NCBI GenBank assembly: GCA_963825135.1
Contig: CAWGRW010000009.1
Span: 2,656,001-2,720,000, forward strand
Length of the DNA: 64,000 nt
From: an uncultured bacterium
GTDB lineage: Bacteria; Desulfobacterota_D; UBA1144; Nemesobacterales; UBA2774
Direction of reading: 5' to 3'
The notes under the pieces were generated by a model, which saw only the letters and a list, made by a program, of their open reading frames with translations, had not been told where the DNA came from and did not search any database. This document shows positions 9,604 to 19,386 of this stretch, one piece after another. A program made the translations under genes and the position numbers. Each line of letters begins with the position of its first letter. The stretch's first letter is position 1.

Positions 9604-9621
9604 TGAGTGTGCGCTCACTCA
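9604..9621. promoter_or_regulatory. Inverted repeat TGAGTG-N6-CACTCA; candidate repressor operator of the nos operon
   Basis: Perfect 6-bp arms. Overlaps the spacer/-35 region of a minus-strand TACTAT -10 candidate (9590..9595). Confidence 0.5.
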
Positions 9622-9768
9622 GGGGACGGCCAAAAGCCGACGTGACGAAAATACGCCGGCCGTCCGGAAAAATTAAGATAGAAAACTAATATTATTATCT
9701 AATCAGATTTTGCTGATAATGATTGACAGTGATTAGTCCGGTGTTAATTTTCTTGTCAGCCCTGGAAA

Positions 9769-11166
9769 ATGAAAACCGACATAATTTTTTTAACCGGAGA
9801 CTATCCGGGTATCACCGGAGATGATGATCCCAACGGAATATACTTTTACGATGTCGCCCGATGCCTGTGCGAAGAAGCCGGAAAGCGCATACAGGTAGCG
9901 GCCTTCCGCATCGGCGGGAAGGAATACTTCGAGGAAAAAAACGGATTATCGGTAACGCGCTTCGACCTGCCCCGCGACGGCGGCCGCGCCGACGGGCGGC
10001 CCACGAGCGACGTCGAGCTCATGTACTCCCACCGCATGTACGCTAAGGCCGTCTCCGCCCTGGCCTTGCACGCCGTGCGCATGGCGGAAGCCTTCGGGAA
10101 GGATACGCCCGTCTGGTGCCACGGTATCGAGACTAGCGGGGCCGCGATTGAGCTCAGGAAAAGAGGCTTTCCCGTAGTCTCCGCGACGCATTACCTTATA
10201 GCTCAGGAACTGATGAACAGGCTCGAGGCCTACGAGGACCCTGAGAGAGCCGGTTACTTCGCACGTACGGTTTCGTACTACGCAGGCGCGCTGATACCGC
10301 GGAGGCACAGGCCCGGATTGCTGAGGTTTCTATCTCGTACGGCGCCCGTACTCTCTCTACTCCCCCTTCCGGATGCGCTTGAGCTTCTCGGGAAGCTCGT
10401 GAGCGAGGCACAATTGATCGAGGCCTCGCACCTCGTTACGGCCGTAAGCCCCGGACTCGCTGAATCCATAGCGGAGCTCCACCCGGCATCGCGGAACAAA
10501 TTGAGGGTCTCCGTCGCGGGAGCCCCTGCCCCGTCCGCGGGCTCGCGCTGGCCGTTCCCGGTCAGGGACGACAGGCTGCGTCTTGTGATGGTCGGAAGGC
10601 CCGTTCCGAGCAAGGGATGGGACTACGTCGCCCGGGCGCTCAAAAACATTGAATCGGTCAGGCCCGCCGAAGCGGGCAGACTGGAAATTACACTGATAGG
10701 AAACTCGGAGAAATTGGGCGGCGCCTACGGGCGCCGGATAGACGAGAACTTCAAAAGTCTGAAGTCGGTGTCGTATTTCAGTATGGAGTGGCTCCCGAAC
10801 AAGAGGGTGCTGGAAATCATGTCCGCGGCTGACGCGCTCATCCTGCCCTCGGTGTTCGAGTCATTCGGACTCGTGATACTGGAAGCCATGGCAAACGGAT
10901 GCATGGTCCTGGCGTCGGACGCGGACGGGCCCCGGAGCATCGTGAAAGCCCCGTGGGGAATTATCGCCAATTTTCAGGACCCGGAGAGAAGAGCCCGCGA
11001 AATAGAGCGCGGTATCCTGAAATTACTTTCCCTGTCGAGAGAAGAGATAAACGCGCTCGGGGAGGATGCCCGGGCCGCCTCCCGCCGATACACATGGAAG
11101 AAGTGCGCGGATGCGCATGCGGCGGTGCTTGAAGAGGCCCGCCTGTTTGTCTCGGGAGTCGGCTAA
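9769..11166 (+). CDS. Glycosyltransferase family 4 (GT-B)
   Basis: 'GRPVPSKG' and 'PSVFESFGLVILEAMANG' (EX7E) motifs. Confidence 0.92.
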   Translation: MKTDIIFLTGDYPGITGDDDPNGIYFYDVARCLCEEAGKRIQVAAFRIGGKEYFEEKNGLSVTRFDLPRDGGRADGRPTSDVELMYSHRMYAKAVSALALHAVRMAEAFGKDTPVWCHGIETSGAAIELRKRGFPVVSATHYLIAQELMNRLEAYEDPERAGYFARTVSYYAGALIPRRHRPGLLRFLSRTAPVLSLLPLPDALELLGKLVSEAQLIEASHLVTAVSPGLAESIAELHPASRNKLRVSVAGAPAPSAGSRWPFPVRDDRLRLVMVGRPVPSKGWDYVARALKNIESVRPAEAGRLEITLIGNSEKLGGAYGRRIDENFKSLKSVSYFSMEWLPNKRVLEIMSAADALILPSVFESFGLVILEAMANGCMVLASDADGPRSIVKAPWGIIANFQDPERRAREIERGILKLLSLSREEINALGEDARAASRRYTWKKCADAHAAVLEEARLFVSGVG

Positions 11167-11209
11167 CATGCCGGCCGACGCCGAGGTATAATTCCTGCAG
11201 CTTCCATAA

Positions 11210-12592
11210 TTGATCGATATGAACCCGGCCAAAGAAAATATTACAGACGTACTCCTTGTCACCGTAAATTTTCCCACCATGGACACGAACATGGACGGAA
11301 TGGGGATATATACCGTTAACTCCACGAAATACCTGATGGAACTGACCGGGTGGAAAATTCGGGCGGTCGTTTTCAGGTTCCCCGGACAGGAAGCTTACGA
11401 GGAGAGAGACGGCTTGAGCATAGAGCGTATCGACCCGCCCCTCGGCATACTCCATTACAACGAATTGTATTATCCCCAGAATTTCAGAATCGCCGCTTCG
11501 CACCTCGCCGCGGCCGCCTCGCGGACCGCATCCGGGATGAACGGGACTACCAGGGTATGGTGCCACGGCTACGAGACCGGTATGGCCTCTAAAGCGCTGG
11601 CCGGGGCCGGTTATCACGTAGCGGGAGTCGTTCATTACCTGGTCGCTCAGGACCTGCTCCATCGTTTTCAAAATGCGGACGACCCGTTGAGAAAGAGCCT
11701 TAACGACGACGCGTTGTCCACCGCGGTCGGAGGAATCTGTCCCGCGAGGCTCCGTCCCGCGCTTATAAGATTCTTGTCCCTGTGCGCCCCGGCGCTCTGC
11801 AGGCTGCCGATACCCGACAGGCTCGAGCTGATGTACAAGCTCGAACAGGAGTCTCTGCAGATGAAGTCCTCCAGGCGGATCGTGGCCGTGAGTCCGGGGT
11901 TCGGAGACACTATCGTGAGTTACTATCCCGGCGTGAGGGATAAAATAAGCGAATGCGTCGCGGGCTCGCCCCCTCCCTCATCCGGCTCTGACTGGCCCTT
12001 TCCCATCCGCGGGGAGCGTCTTCGACTGGTCATGGTTGGGAGGCCCGCGCCCCAGAAGGGTTGGGACTACGTCGCCGAGGCGCTCGGGAGACTCGAGTCA
12101 AGGAGACCCGACCAGGCGGCAAGGGTGGAGCTGGCCGCGATCGGGGGTATCGGAGACTGGGGCGGAGGTTTCAGCGACCGGACGTATCAGAGGTTCCTCG
12201 GGCTTAAGAAGATATCTCTGGCGAAGCTCGGAGAGATACCGAACGAGAGAGTCAGACGCATAATGTCCTCGGCCGACGCGCTCCTCCTGCCTTCGACCTT
12301 CGAGCCGTTCGGGCTGGTGGTGCTCGAAGCGATGGCGTCCGGGTGCATGGTGCTTTCGTCCGACTGCGACGGGCCGCGGGGAGTCGTGAAACCCCCATGG
12401 GGGATACTCATGCCGTTTCAGAACCCGAACGAAAGGGTACCCGCGCTCGAGGCCGGGATCAGTAAATTACTCTCCTTAACCAGGGCGGAGCTCGACGAGC
12501 GCGGCGAAGCGGGCCGCGCAGCCGCTGCCGGATACGACTGGAAGGAATGCGCCGGAATCCACGCGGAGGCGCTCAGGGGCGGCACGGCTTGA
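11210..12592 (+). CDS. Glycosyltransferase family 4, tandem paralog of the upstream gene
   Basis: 'GRPAPQKG' and 'PSTFEPFGLVVLEAMASG'; colinear similarity to 9769..11166. Confidence 0.92.
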   Translation: MIDMNPAKENITDVLLVTVNFPTMDTNMDGMGIYTVNSTKYLMELTGWKIRAVVFRFPGQEAYEERDGLSIERIDPPLGILHYNELYYPQNFRIAASHLAAAASRTASGMNGTTRVWCHGYETGMASKALAGAGYHVAGVVHYLVAQDLLHRFQNADDPLRKSLNDDALSTAVGGICPARLRPALIRFLSLCAPALCRLPIPDRLELMYKLEQESLQMKSSRRIVAVSPGFGDTIVSYYPGVRDKISECVAGSPPPSSGSDWPFPIRGERLRLVMVGRPAPQKGWDYVAEALGRLESRRPDQAARVELAAIGGIGDWGGGFSDRTYQRFLGLKKISLAKLGEIPNERVRRIMSSADALLLPSTFEPFGLVVLEAMASGCMVLSSDCDGPRGVVKPPWGILMPFQNPNERVPALEAGISKLLSLTRAELDERGEAGRAAAAGYDWKECAGIHAEALRGGTA

Positions 12593-12648
12593 CCGCAGTC
12601 CGGTCCCCGGCGCTCGTAATCCCCGAATGGTGTATTATTAGAGGGATA

Positions 12649-14445
12649 TTGAGCGTCCCGAACTTCTCACGAAAAGACTTCATCCTTGATCTCATAAGAC
12701 CGTACCGGCTCATTATAGCTTTACTGATCGCCGCTTCTTTCCTCGCGGCCGCTTTCGAAGGCTTCTCGATCGGAATGCTCGTCCCGTTTCTGAGCTCGAT
12801 ACAGGGGATACACGACTATAGCGTCTTCCCCGGCCCCCTCCGGATACTCGTAAAATACTTCGACAGATACCCACCCGGGACTCAAATACTTTTCGCGTTG
12901 GGGCTCGCGGTCACGGGCGTTATGATCAAGAATCTCTTCCTGGCCGCGTCTATTCGGTTGGGATTCCGGCTCTCGGGCAAGCTCACCGCGGTATTGAGGT
13001 CCAGGGCCGCCGACACGCTGCTGAGCGTGAGCCTCGGTTATTACGACGAATCCAGGACCGGTCATCTGGCCGAATACGTCATCGGGCATACTCAGAGACT
13101 CGGCAAATTATTCGAGTCCTTCTCCTATCTGATTATAAACTTCATCAATTTTATCGTGCTTTTCGCCCTGCTCATCGTACTTTCATGGAAGCTCACGTTA
13201 ATAGCGATAGCACTTACCGGCGTTATCTCATTTCTCCTCTCGGGATTCATAAACAAATTGTCGCGTATAAGCAACACCGTCGCCGAGGACGCCAGAGAAT
13301 TATCGGGGTCGCTCTATGAAACCATAACCGGAATACGTCTCATCAAATCTCTTGTAAAAGAAAAGTCGATCGGTTCGATGCTCAAGGCGAAGATCGAGAG
13401 AGTCAGGCAGGACGAATACGAATTAAATTACAAGTCCGAGATGACGCAAATCTACACGGAGATGCTGGGGGTAATCGTCATCACCGTCATATTCCTGTTG
13501 GGTCTTTTGAAATTCAACATCGAGAATAAAGTGCTGATCACGCAGTTGATCCCGTTTATTTACGTAATCAACAGGCTCCTGTACATACTCAAAACACTCA
13601 ACGGCATAAAGGGGAATATAGTGAGCGGTGTGCCGTACATCGACCTCATCCACGACCTCATTCGAAAAGACAATAAGCCCGTCATCACGGACGGCGGCAC
13701 ACCGTTCACCGGTCTGGAGAAAGGCATAGATTTCAGATCCGTGACGTTCGCCTATACCGCAGGCTCCGAACCCGCGCTCGAGGGGGCGTGCTTTAACATC
13801 CCCAGGGGGAAGACGACGGCCTTCGTGGGCGAATCCGGGGCGGGGAAATCGACGATCATAAATCTCCTCCTTAGATTCTATGAGCAGCAGAGCGGAGAAA
13901 TCCTCGCAGACGGAGTGCCGCTTGAGAGCTTCAGTATAGATTCCTACAGGGAGAAAATAGGCATAGTGAGTCAGGACACGTTCATTTTCAACGACACCGT
14001 AAAGTCGAATATCGCATTCGGGGCACTGGGCACGCCTGCGGAGCAAGAGATCGTCGAAGCCGCGAAAAAGGCCGGGGCGCACGTCTTCATAGAAGGACTG
14101 CCCTCGGGCTACGACACGATACTCGGCGACAGGGGGGTGAAGCTGTCGGGGGGCGAGAGGCAGAGGATATCCATAGCGAGGGCGATATTGCGAAACCCCG
14201 AGATACTCATACTCGACGAAGCCACGAGCTCGCTCGATACGAGGACCGAGCAGCTCATACACAGGGCGATATCCGAGCTCAGTCTCAACAAGACGGTCAT
14301 CATTATCGCGCACAGGCTTTCGACGGTGAAGTCGGCCGACCGGATCGTGGTTTTAAAAAACGGACGCATCGCCGAGACCGGGAGCGAAACCGAGCTAATA
14401 GAGAAAAAGGGGGAGTACTACAATCTGGCGAAACATCAGGACTGA
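12649..14445 (+). CDS. ABC exporter, fused permease and ATPase (MsbA/PglK/HetA-like)
   Basis: TM domain plus GESGAGKS, LSGGERQR and ILDEATS. Likely TTG start at 12649. Confidence 0.9.
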   Translation: MSVPNFSRKDFILDLIRPYRLIIALLIAASFLAAAFEGFSIGMLVPFLSSIQGIHDYSVFPGPLRILVKYFDRYPPGTQILFALGLAVTGVMIKNLFLAASIRLGFRLSGKLTAVLRSRAADTLLSVSLGYYDESRTGHLAEYVIGHTQRLGKLFESFSYLIINFINFIVLFALLIVLSWKLTLIAIALTGVISFLLSGFINKLSRISNTVAEDARELSGSLYETITGIRLIKSLVKEKSIGSMLKAKIERVRQDEYELNYKSEMTQIYTEMLGVIVITVIFLLGLLKFNIENKVLITQLIPFIYVINRLLYILKTLNGIKGNIVSGVPYIDLIHDLIRKDNKPVITDGGTPFTGLEKGIDFRSVTFAYTAGSEPALEGACFNIPRGKTTAFVGESGAGKSTIINLLLRFYEQQSGEILADGVPLESFSIDSYREKIGIVSQDTFIFNDTVKSNIAFGALGTPAEQEIVEAAKKAGAHVFIEGLPSGYDTILGDRGVKLSGGERQRISIARAILRNPEILILDEATSSLDTRTEQLIHRAISELSLNKTVIIIAHRLSTVKSADRIVVLKNGRIAETGSETELIEKKGEYYNLAKHQD

Positions 14446-14479
14446 CATATCGATCCGCGGCCGCGAGGGAAACGCGCGG

Positions 14480-15733
14480 TCAGCCGAATAACTTTTTGGC
14501 TTTTTTAATGGCCTCGACGGCGAGGTCTATTTCTTCTTTCGTATTGTACACGTAAAAGCTCATGCGGACGGCGAAGTCCATGCCGAGCTCGGACATCAGC
14601 GGCTGCGCGCAGTGGTGCCCGGAGCGGACGGCTATCCCCGCTTCGTCGAGTATCCCGGCGACGTCGTGCGGATGCACCCCGTCGACGTTGAAGGATACGA
14701 CCCCTACCCTCTCCTCCTCCCTGTCCCCGTGTCCGTAAACCGTGATCCAGTCATATTCTGAGAGCCTCCCGAGCGCGTACCCGAGCAGCTCCCGCTCATG
14801 GGCCTGGATGTTTTCAAGCCCGACGCCGGTCAGGTAATCCGCGGCCGCGCCCAGCGCAATCGCGCCCCCTATGTCGGGCGTGCCGGCTTCGAACTTCCAC
14901 GGAAGCTCGTTCCACGTGGATTTCTCCGTAGTCACCTTGGAGATCATATCCCCGCCGTAAAGGAAGGGGTCCATACTTTCGAGCAGCCCCGGCCTCCCGT
15001 AGAGGAACCCCGTCCCCGTGGGGCCCATCATCTTGTGCCCCGAGGCGGCAAGGAAATCACAGTCCATGTCTATAACGTCCACCGGCAGGTGGGGGACCGA
15101 CTGGGCCGCGTCTATGAGCACCAGCGCTCCCGCCTTCCGCGCCTCGGCCGCGATGCGTTTCACCGGGTTTACGGTGCCGAGCACGTTAGAGGCGTGCACG
15201 ACGCTCACGAGCCTCGTCCTGTCCGTGATGAGCCGGGGGAGGTCGTCCATTTTCAGATTCCCGCCCGCGTCCACCCCCAGGAATTTGAGCCTTATCCCTA
15301 TCCTGTCCCGGAGCATCTGCCACGGGACTATGTTCGAATGGTGCTCCATGAGCGTTATCAGCACCTCGTCGTCCTTTTTGAGGTTCCCCATGCCCCAGGC
15401 ATAAGCCACGAGGTTTATCGATTCCGTCGCGTTTCTCGTAAACACTATGCCGCGCCAGTCGTGGGCCCCGATGAACCGCGCCACCTTCTCGTGCGCCTCT
15501 TCGTACATGAGAGTGGATTCGTAGCTGAGGGTGTGCACTCCCCTGTGTATGTTCGCGTTATGGGTCTCGTAATAGTTTCTTAACGTGCCAATGACCACGT
15601 TCGGTTTCTGCGTGGTGGCCGCGTTGTCGAGGTAGGCGAGCGGCTTTCCGTGCACCTTGCGCCTGAGTATAGGGAAATCCTCTCTCAGCTTCGAGGGATC
15701 GAAAATAATTTTTTTGCCGGCCGCTTGTTCCAT
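14480..15733 (-). CDS. sufS: Cysteine desulfurase, SufS family
   Basis: YLDNAATTQKP, SGHK (PLP lysine) and RSGHHCAQP. Confidence 0.96.
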   Translation of the reverse strand: MEQAAGKKIIFDPSKLREDFPILRRKVHGKPLAYLDNAATTQKPNVVIGTLRNYYETHNANIHRGVHTLSYESTLMYEEAHEKVARFIGAHDWRGIVFTRNATESINLVAYAWGMGNLKKDDEVLITLMEHHSNIVPWQMLRDRIGIRLKFLGVDAGGNLKMDDLPRLITDRTRLVSVVHASNVLGTVNPVKRIAAEARKAGALVLIDAAQSVPHLPVDVIDMDCDFLAASGHKMMGPTGTGFLYGRPGLLESMDPFLYGGDMISKVTTEKSTWNELPWKFEAGTPDIGGAIALGAAADYLTGVGLENIQAHERELLGYALGRLSEYDWITVYGHGDREEERVGVVSFNVDGVHPHDVAGILDEAGIAVRSGHHCAQPLMSELGMDFAVRMSFYVYNTKEEIDLAVEAIKKAKKLFG

Positions 15734-15768
15734 AATATTTTCACGAATCCCGCCGCGCGCGGAGGGGT

Positions 15769-16144
15769 CTAGAGGCTTTTATTGGAGAGTAACGCCTTTT
15801 TGAGGACCTTCACCCCGAGGAGGGCGCATTTAAACCTGGTCGGAGAGACCGGGTTGCCGAGTGCGCCGAGCATCTCCTCGTCTTTCATAGTCAGGATATC
15901 TCCGACTGATTTCCCCTTCACGCTCTCCGTGAGTATGGAGACCGATGCCTGGCTTATCGCGCACCCGGTCCCCGAATACTTCACGTCCTCGATTACCCCG
16001 TCCCTCAAGCTTCACGTCTATCCTCACCAAGTCCCCGCACGAGGGTATCCCTTCCTCGTAGGACGCGTCGGCGCCTTCGATAGTTCCGTAGTTTCTCGGA
16101 TTCTTATAGTGGTCGAGAATGTATTCGTACTGTTCCGGTTCCAT
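15769..16144 (-). CDS. sufU: SufU/IscU-type Fe-S scaffold or sulfur-transfer protein (frameshift near 16008)
   Basis: ILDHYKNPRN..PSCGD in one frame and GCAISQAS..R.KCALL in another; joined they give a full-length protein. Confidence 0.88.
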
Positions 16145-16288
16145 GATAGAAGCGGACCCGTTATCCCGGGCCCTTTTTTATTATACCAGAATAATCCGGG
16201 CGTTCATGCGCGTCGGCGGGAGCCGGCCGTCTCCGGGGACAGACTATCGCGCGGGCGCGCGTTATTGTCCTCCCCGGGCCGGAAAGTC

Positions 16289-16879
16289 CTACGAATGTAT
16301 CGTGCTTATCTTCGTGTCGAGCTTTCTGAGGGACTTCTCTATCTCGCCGAAGTTGCAGTTGACCACCCAGAAATAGTAGAGCTTCCTGTTCTCGGGGGCC
16401 GCGCTGAAAGAGAGCACCTTCTCGGAATTGGTCTGTATGATCTGGAGCACGTCGAAGAGGCCCATCCCTTCGGGCATCTGCACCTCGAGACGCTGCGGCT
16501 TCTCGTGGAACCCGAGCATCCTGAGGAGCGCGTCGAGAAGGTCGGTGACTGTGAGAATTCCGACGAGCTCACCTTTATTCGTTACGACGGGGAGCGCATT
16601 GAACTTGCCGCTCCTGATAATCTCGGCGGCGCCCTCGACGGAGGCGTAATCGAGTATCGTGATCGGGTCCTTCGTCATTATATCGCCTACTTTCGTGTCG
16701 CTCCTCCCGGAGAGGACCCCCCTTATGTTTCTGTCCGTTACTATACCTATGAGCTTGCCGTCCTCGACGACGGGACACTGCCTGAAATTGAGCTTCCTCA
16801 TGACATCGAGGGTCTCGTCCGCCCTCTTGTCGGGAGTAACTGTAATGGGGTTTGGAGTCATGAATTCCTTAACCAGCAT
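16289..16879 (-). CDS. CBS-pair protein with C-terminal ACT-like domain (AcuB-like)
   Basis: Two CBS repeats (MTPNPITV...GIVTDRNI; MTKDPITI...GILTVTDLL). Confidence 0.85.
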   Translation of the reverse strand: MLVKEFMTPNPITVTPDKRADETLDVMRKLNFRQCPVVEDGKLIGIVTDRNIRGVLSGRSDTKVGDIMTKDPITILDYASVEGAAEIIRSGKFNALPVVTNKGELVGILTVTDLLDALLRMLGFHEKPQRLEVQMPEGMGLFDVLQIIQTNSEKVLSFSAAPENRKLYYFWVVNCNFGEIEKSLRKLDTKISTIHS

Positions 16880-17051
16880 CGCTCACCTCCGCGTTATGGG
16901 TATCGGGCAGCCCCGCAGCGCGGAACGGCCTATACTATCATACAGAAATATCTTAAAAGCGCTAATATCTTTAACATGAATTTCACACGCCGCGTTATAC
17001 GCGGGGAACCTTGACAACGGAGCGCGCCTTCGGTTTTCTTTAAACATCGCC

Positions 17052-18592
17052 ATGCCCAGCAGAGGAACAGTATATCTCATAGGCGCGGGACCCGGAGACC
17101 CCGGCCTCCTGACAATCAAGGGGAGAGAAATTCTCGGCTCATCGGACGTCGTCGTGTACGACTACCTTGTCAATCCGGGGCTACTCGATTTCGCCCGGGC
17201 GGGCGCGGAGATAATATACGTCGGGAAAAAGGCCGGAGCTAAGGAGATGTCCCAGGGCGACATCAACAGGCTCCTCATCAGCCGCTCGAAGAAAGGGATG
17301 ACCGTCGCGCGATTAAAGGGCGGAGACCCGTTCATATTCGGGAGGGGCGGAGAGGAAGCGGAGGCGCTCTCCGAAAAGGGCATACCGTTTGAAATAATAC
17401 CCGGAGTGACCTCGGCCTCCGCCGTGCCCGCCTACGCAGGCATTCCCCTCACGCACAGGGACTTTGCCTCGTCCTTCGCCGTAGTCACGGGACACGTCGC
17501 CCCGTCGAAGGAGGAATCGAACATCCCCTGGGGAGCGCTCGCTGACATCGGAACGGTCGTATTCCTCATGGGAGTGAAGAACATCGGAAAAAACATGCGG
17601 AAGCTTATGGATGCGGGGAAGCCTCCCGGCACCCCGGCGGCGGTCATCGCACGCGGGACGTACCCCTCGCAGTCATCCGCGACCGGCACTGTGGGCGACA
17701 TAGCGCGCATCGTTAAGAAAAGAAAGGACATCGCCTCCCCGGCGATAGTCGTCACAGGGGAGGTCGTCAGGTTAAGAGAGGTGATCAACTGGTACGAGAG
17801 CAAACCGCTATTCGGAAAGAGGGTCCTCGTGACCAGGGCCAGGGGGCAGGCGGAGTCCTTCGCCCGGCTGCTCGGGGAACAGGGGGCCGAGGTCATAGAG
17901 TTCCCCGTCATAGAGATAGTCCCTCCCGCTGACTACGCCGGGCTCGACAGGGCTCTCGCAAACGTGAGGGATTACGATTGGATAATATTCACGAGCGTGA
18001 ACGGGGTGGCGAAGTTCTTCGAGAGGCTCGGTGAGTCGGGGAAGGACCTGAGGGAGCTCCACGGCGTAAGGATCGCCGCGATAGGCGAAGTCACCGCCGG
18101 AGAGATAGAAAGAACGGGAATACGCGTCGAGCTCGTGCCGGGGGAATACAGGGCCGAGGGGCTCATAGAAAAGCTCGCCGGAGAAAATGTGAGGGGGAAG
18201 CGGATATTGCTGCCGAGGGCTAAGGAAGCGCGCGACATACTCCCGGCGTCGTTAAGGGAAATGGGCGCGGTCGTGGACGTAGTGACCGCATACGAAACGA
18301 AGAAGCCCGGAAGACGCTCATCGGCGAAAATAAAAAACATGCTCGACAACAATATGATAGACGCCGTCACGTTCACAAGCTCCTCGACCGTGAGGAACTT
18401 CCTCTCGATATTCCCGGGGTTCAGGCAAGTGCGCGGAAAGCCCGCGCTCGCCTGCATCGGCCCCGTCACCGCGAAGACCCTCCGGGACGCCGGGTACAAG
18501 GCTCAAATAACTTCGGGGGAGTTACGGTGGACAGGCTCGCCGAAGAGCTCGCCGTATACTTCGGAAAGAGCAAACCGAAAAAGAAAAAATAG
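17052..18592 (+). CDS. cobA: Uroporphyrinogen-III C-methyltransferase / uroporphyrinogen-III synthase fusion (CobA-HemD)
   Basis: GAGPGDPGLLT and RLKGGDPFIFGRGGEE, then HemD motifs (VLVTR, FTSVNGV, FTSSSTV). A probable 1-nt deletion near 18522 restores ...TVDRLAEELAVYFGKSKPKKKK* ending at 18592. Confidence 0.92.
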
Positions 18593-18663
18593 ACCGCGTA
18601 TCATCGGAGAGTCTCACTCGGACAGCCGATCCATGTAGATACATCCCTTACCAGGAACAGACG

Positions 18664-19386
18664 ATGCCCAGATTCCCTATCGATGAAAAAATCATAGAAG
18701 GCGGCAGAGCGGCCATCACGGGTACCGACTACAGGCACATAGTGAAAGTGCTCCGCTTGAGGCAAGGCGACGCCCTCACTCTCTTCGACGGAAACTCCGT
18801 AGAGTACGAGGGGAGGATTTCGCATGTCGGCAGCAGAGAGGTTATGGTCGAAATCGTTTCCTCGAGAAAGGTCGAGACCGATTCTCCGCTGCGCATAACG
18901 CTCCTTCAGGGGCTCCCCAAGGGGGAAAAGATGGATTACATCGTGGAGAAGGCCACGGAGATCGGCGTACATACAATAGTGCCCGTGGTAACGGAGAGGT
19001 CTCAGGTCAGGACCGCGTATAAAAGGAATAGATGGGAGAGGATAGCGCTCGAAGCTTCCAAACAGTGCGGAAGGACCATGCCCCCCGTAATAGAAAATGC
19101 ATTAAATTATGATGAAGCACTAAAATATAACAATCATAGTGGGTTAGCCATAATACTGCATGCAGGTAGTCAGGTTTCCTTGAAAGATTTTCTAAATAAC
19201 CCTTTACAACATCCCAAGGATATTATAGTATTGATTGGACCGGAAGGTGGATTTTCTGAAAATGAAGTCCTCCTTGCAAGTGAAATGGGTTTTACCTCCC
19301 TGGGTCTGGGTCCCAGGACTCTTAGAACGGAAACGGCAGGAATCGCGTTTCTGTCTATAATCCAGTTTCAACATGGAGACTTGTGA
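18664..19386 (+). CDS. rsmE: 16S rRNA m3U1498 methyltransferase
   Basis: HIVKVLR, EKATEIGV, EASKQCGR, IGPEGGF and LGPRTLRTETA. Confidence 0.96.
   Translation: MPRFPIDEKIIEGGRAAITGTDYRHIVKVLRLRQGDALTLFDGNSVEYEGRISHVGSREVMVEIVSSRKVETDSPLRITLLQGLPKGEKMDYIVEKATEIGVHTIVPVVTERSQVRTAYKRNRWERIALEASKQCGRTMPPVIENALNYDEALKYNNHSGLAIILHAGSQVSLKDFLNNPLQHPKDIIVLIGPEGGFSENEVLLASEMGFTSLGLGPRTLRTETAGIAFLSIIQFQHGDL

Noticed and set aside
9482..9768. FNR/DNR box upstream of the nos operon
   Set aside because: No TTGAT-N4-ATCAA match found by eye; only ATCAG-N6-CTGAT near 9702, which is too weak to call.
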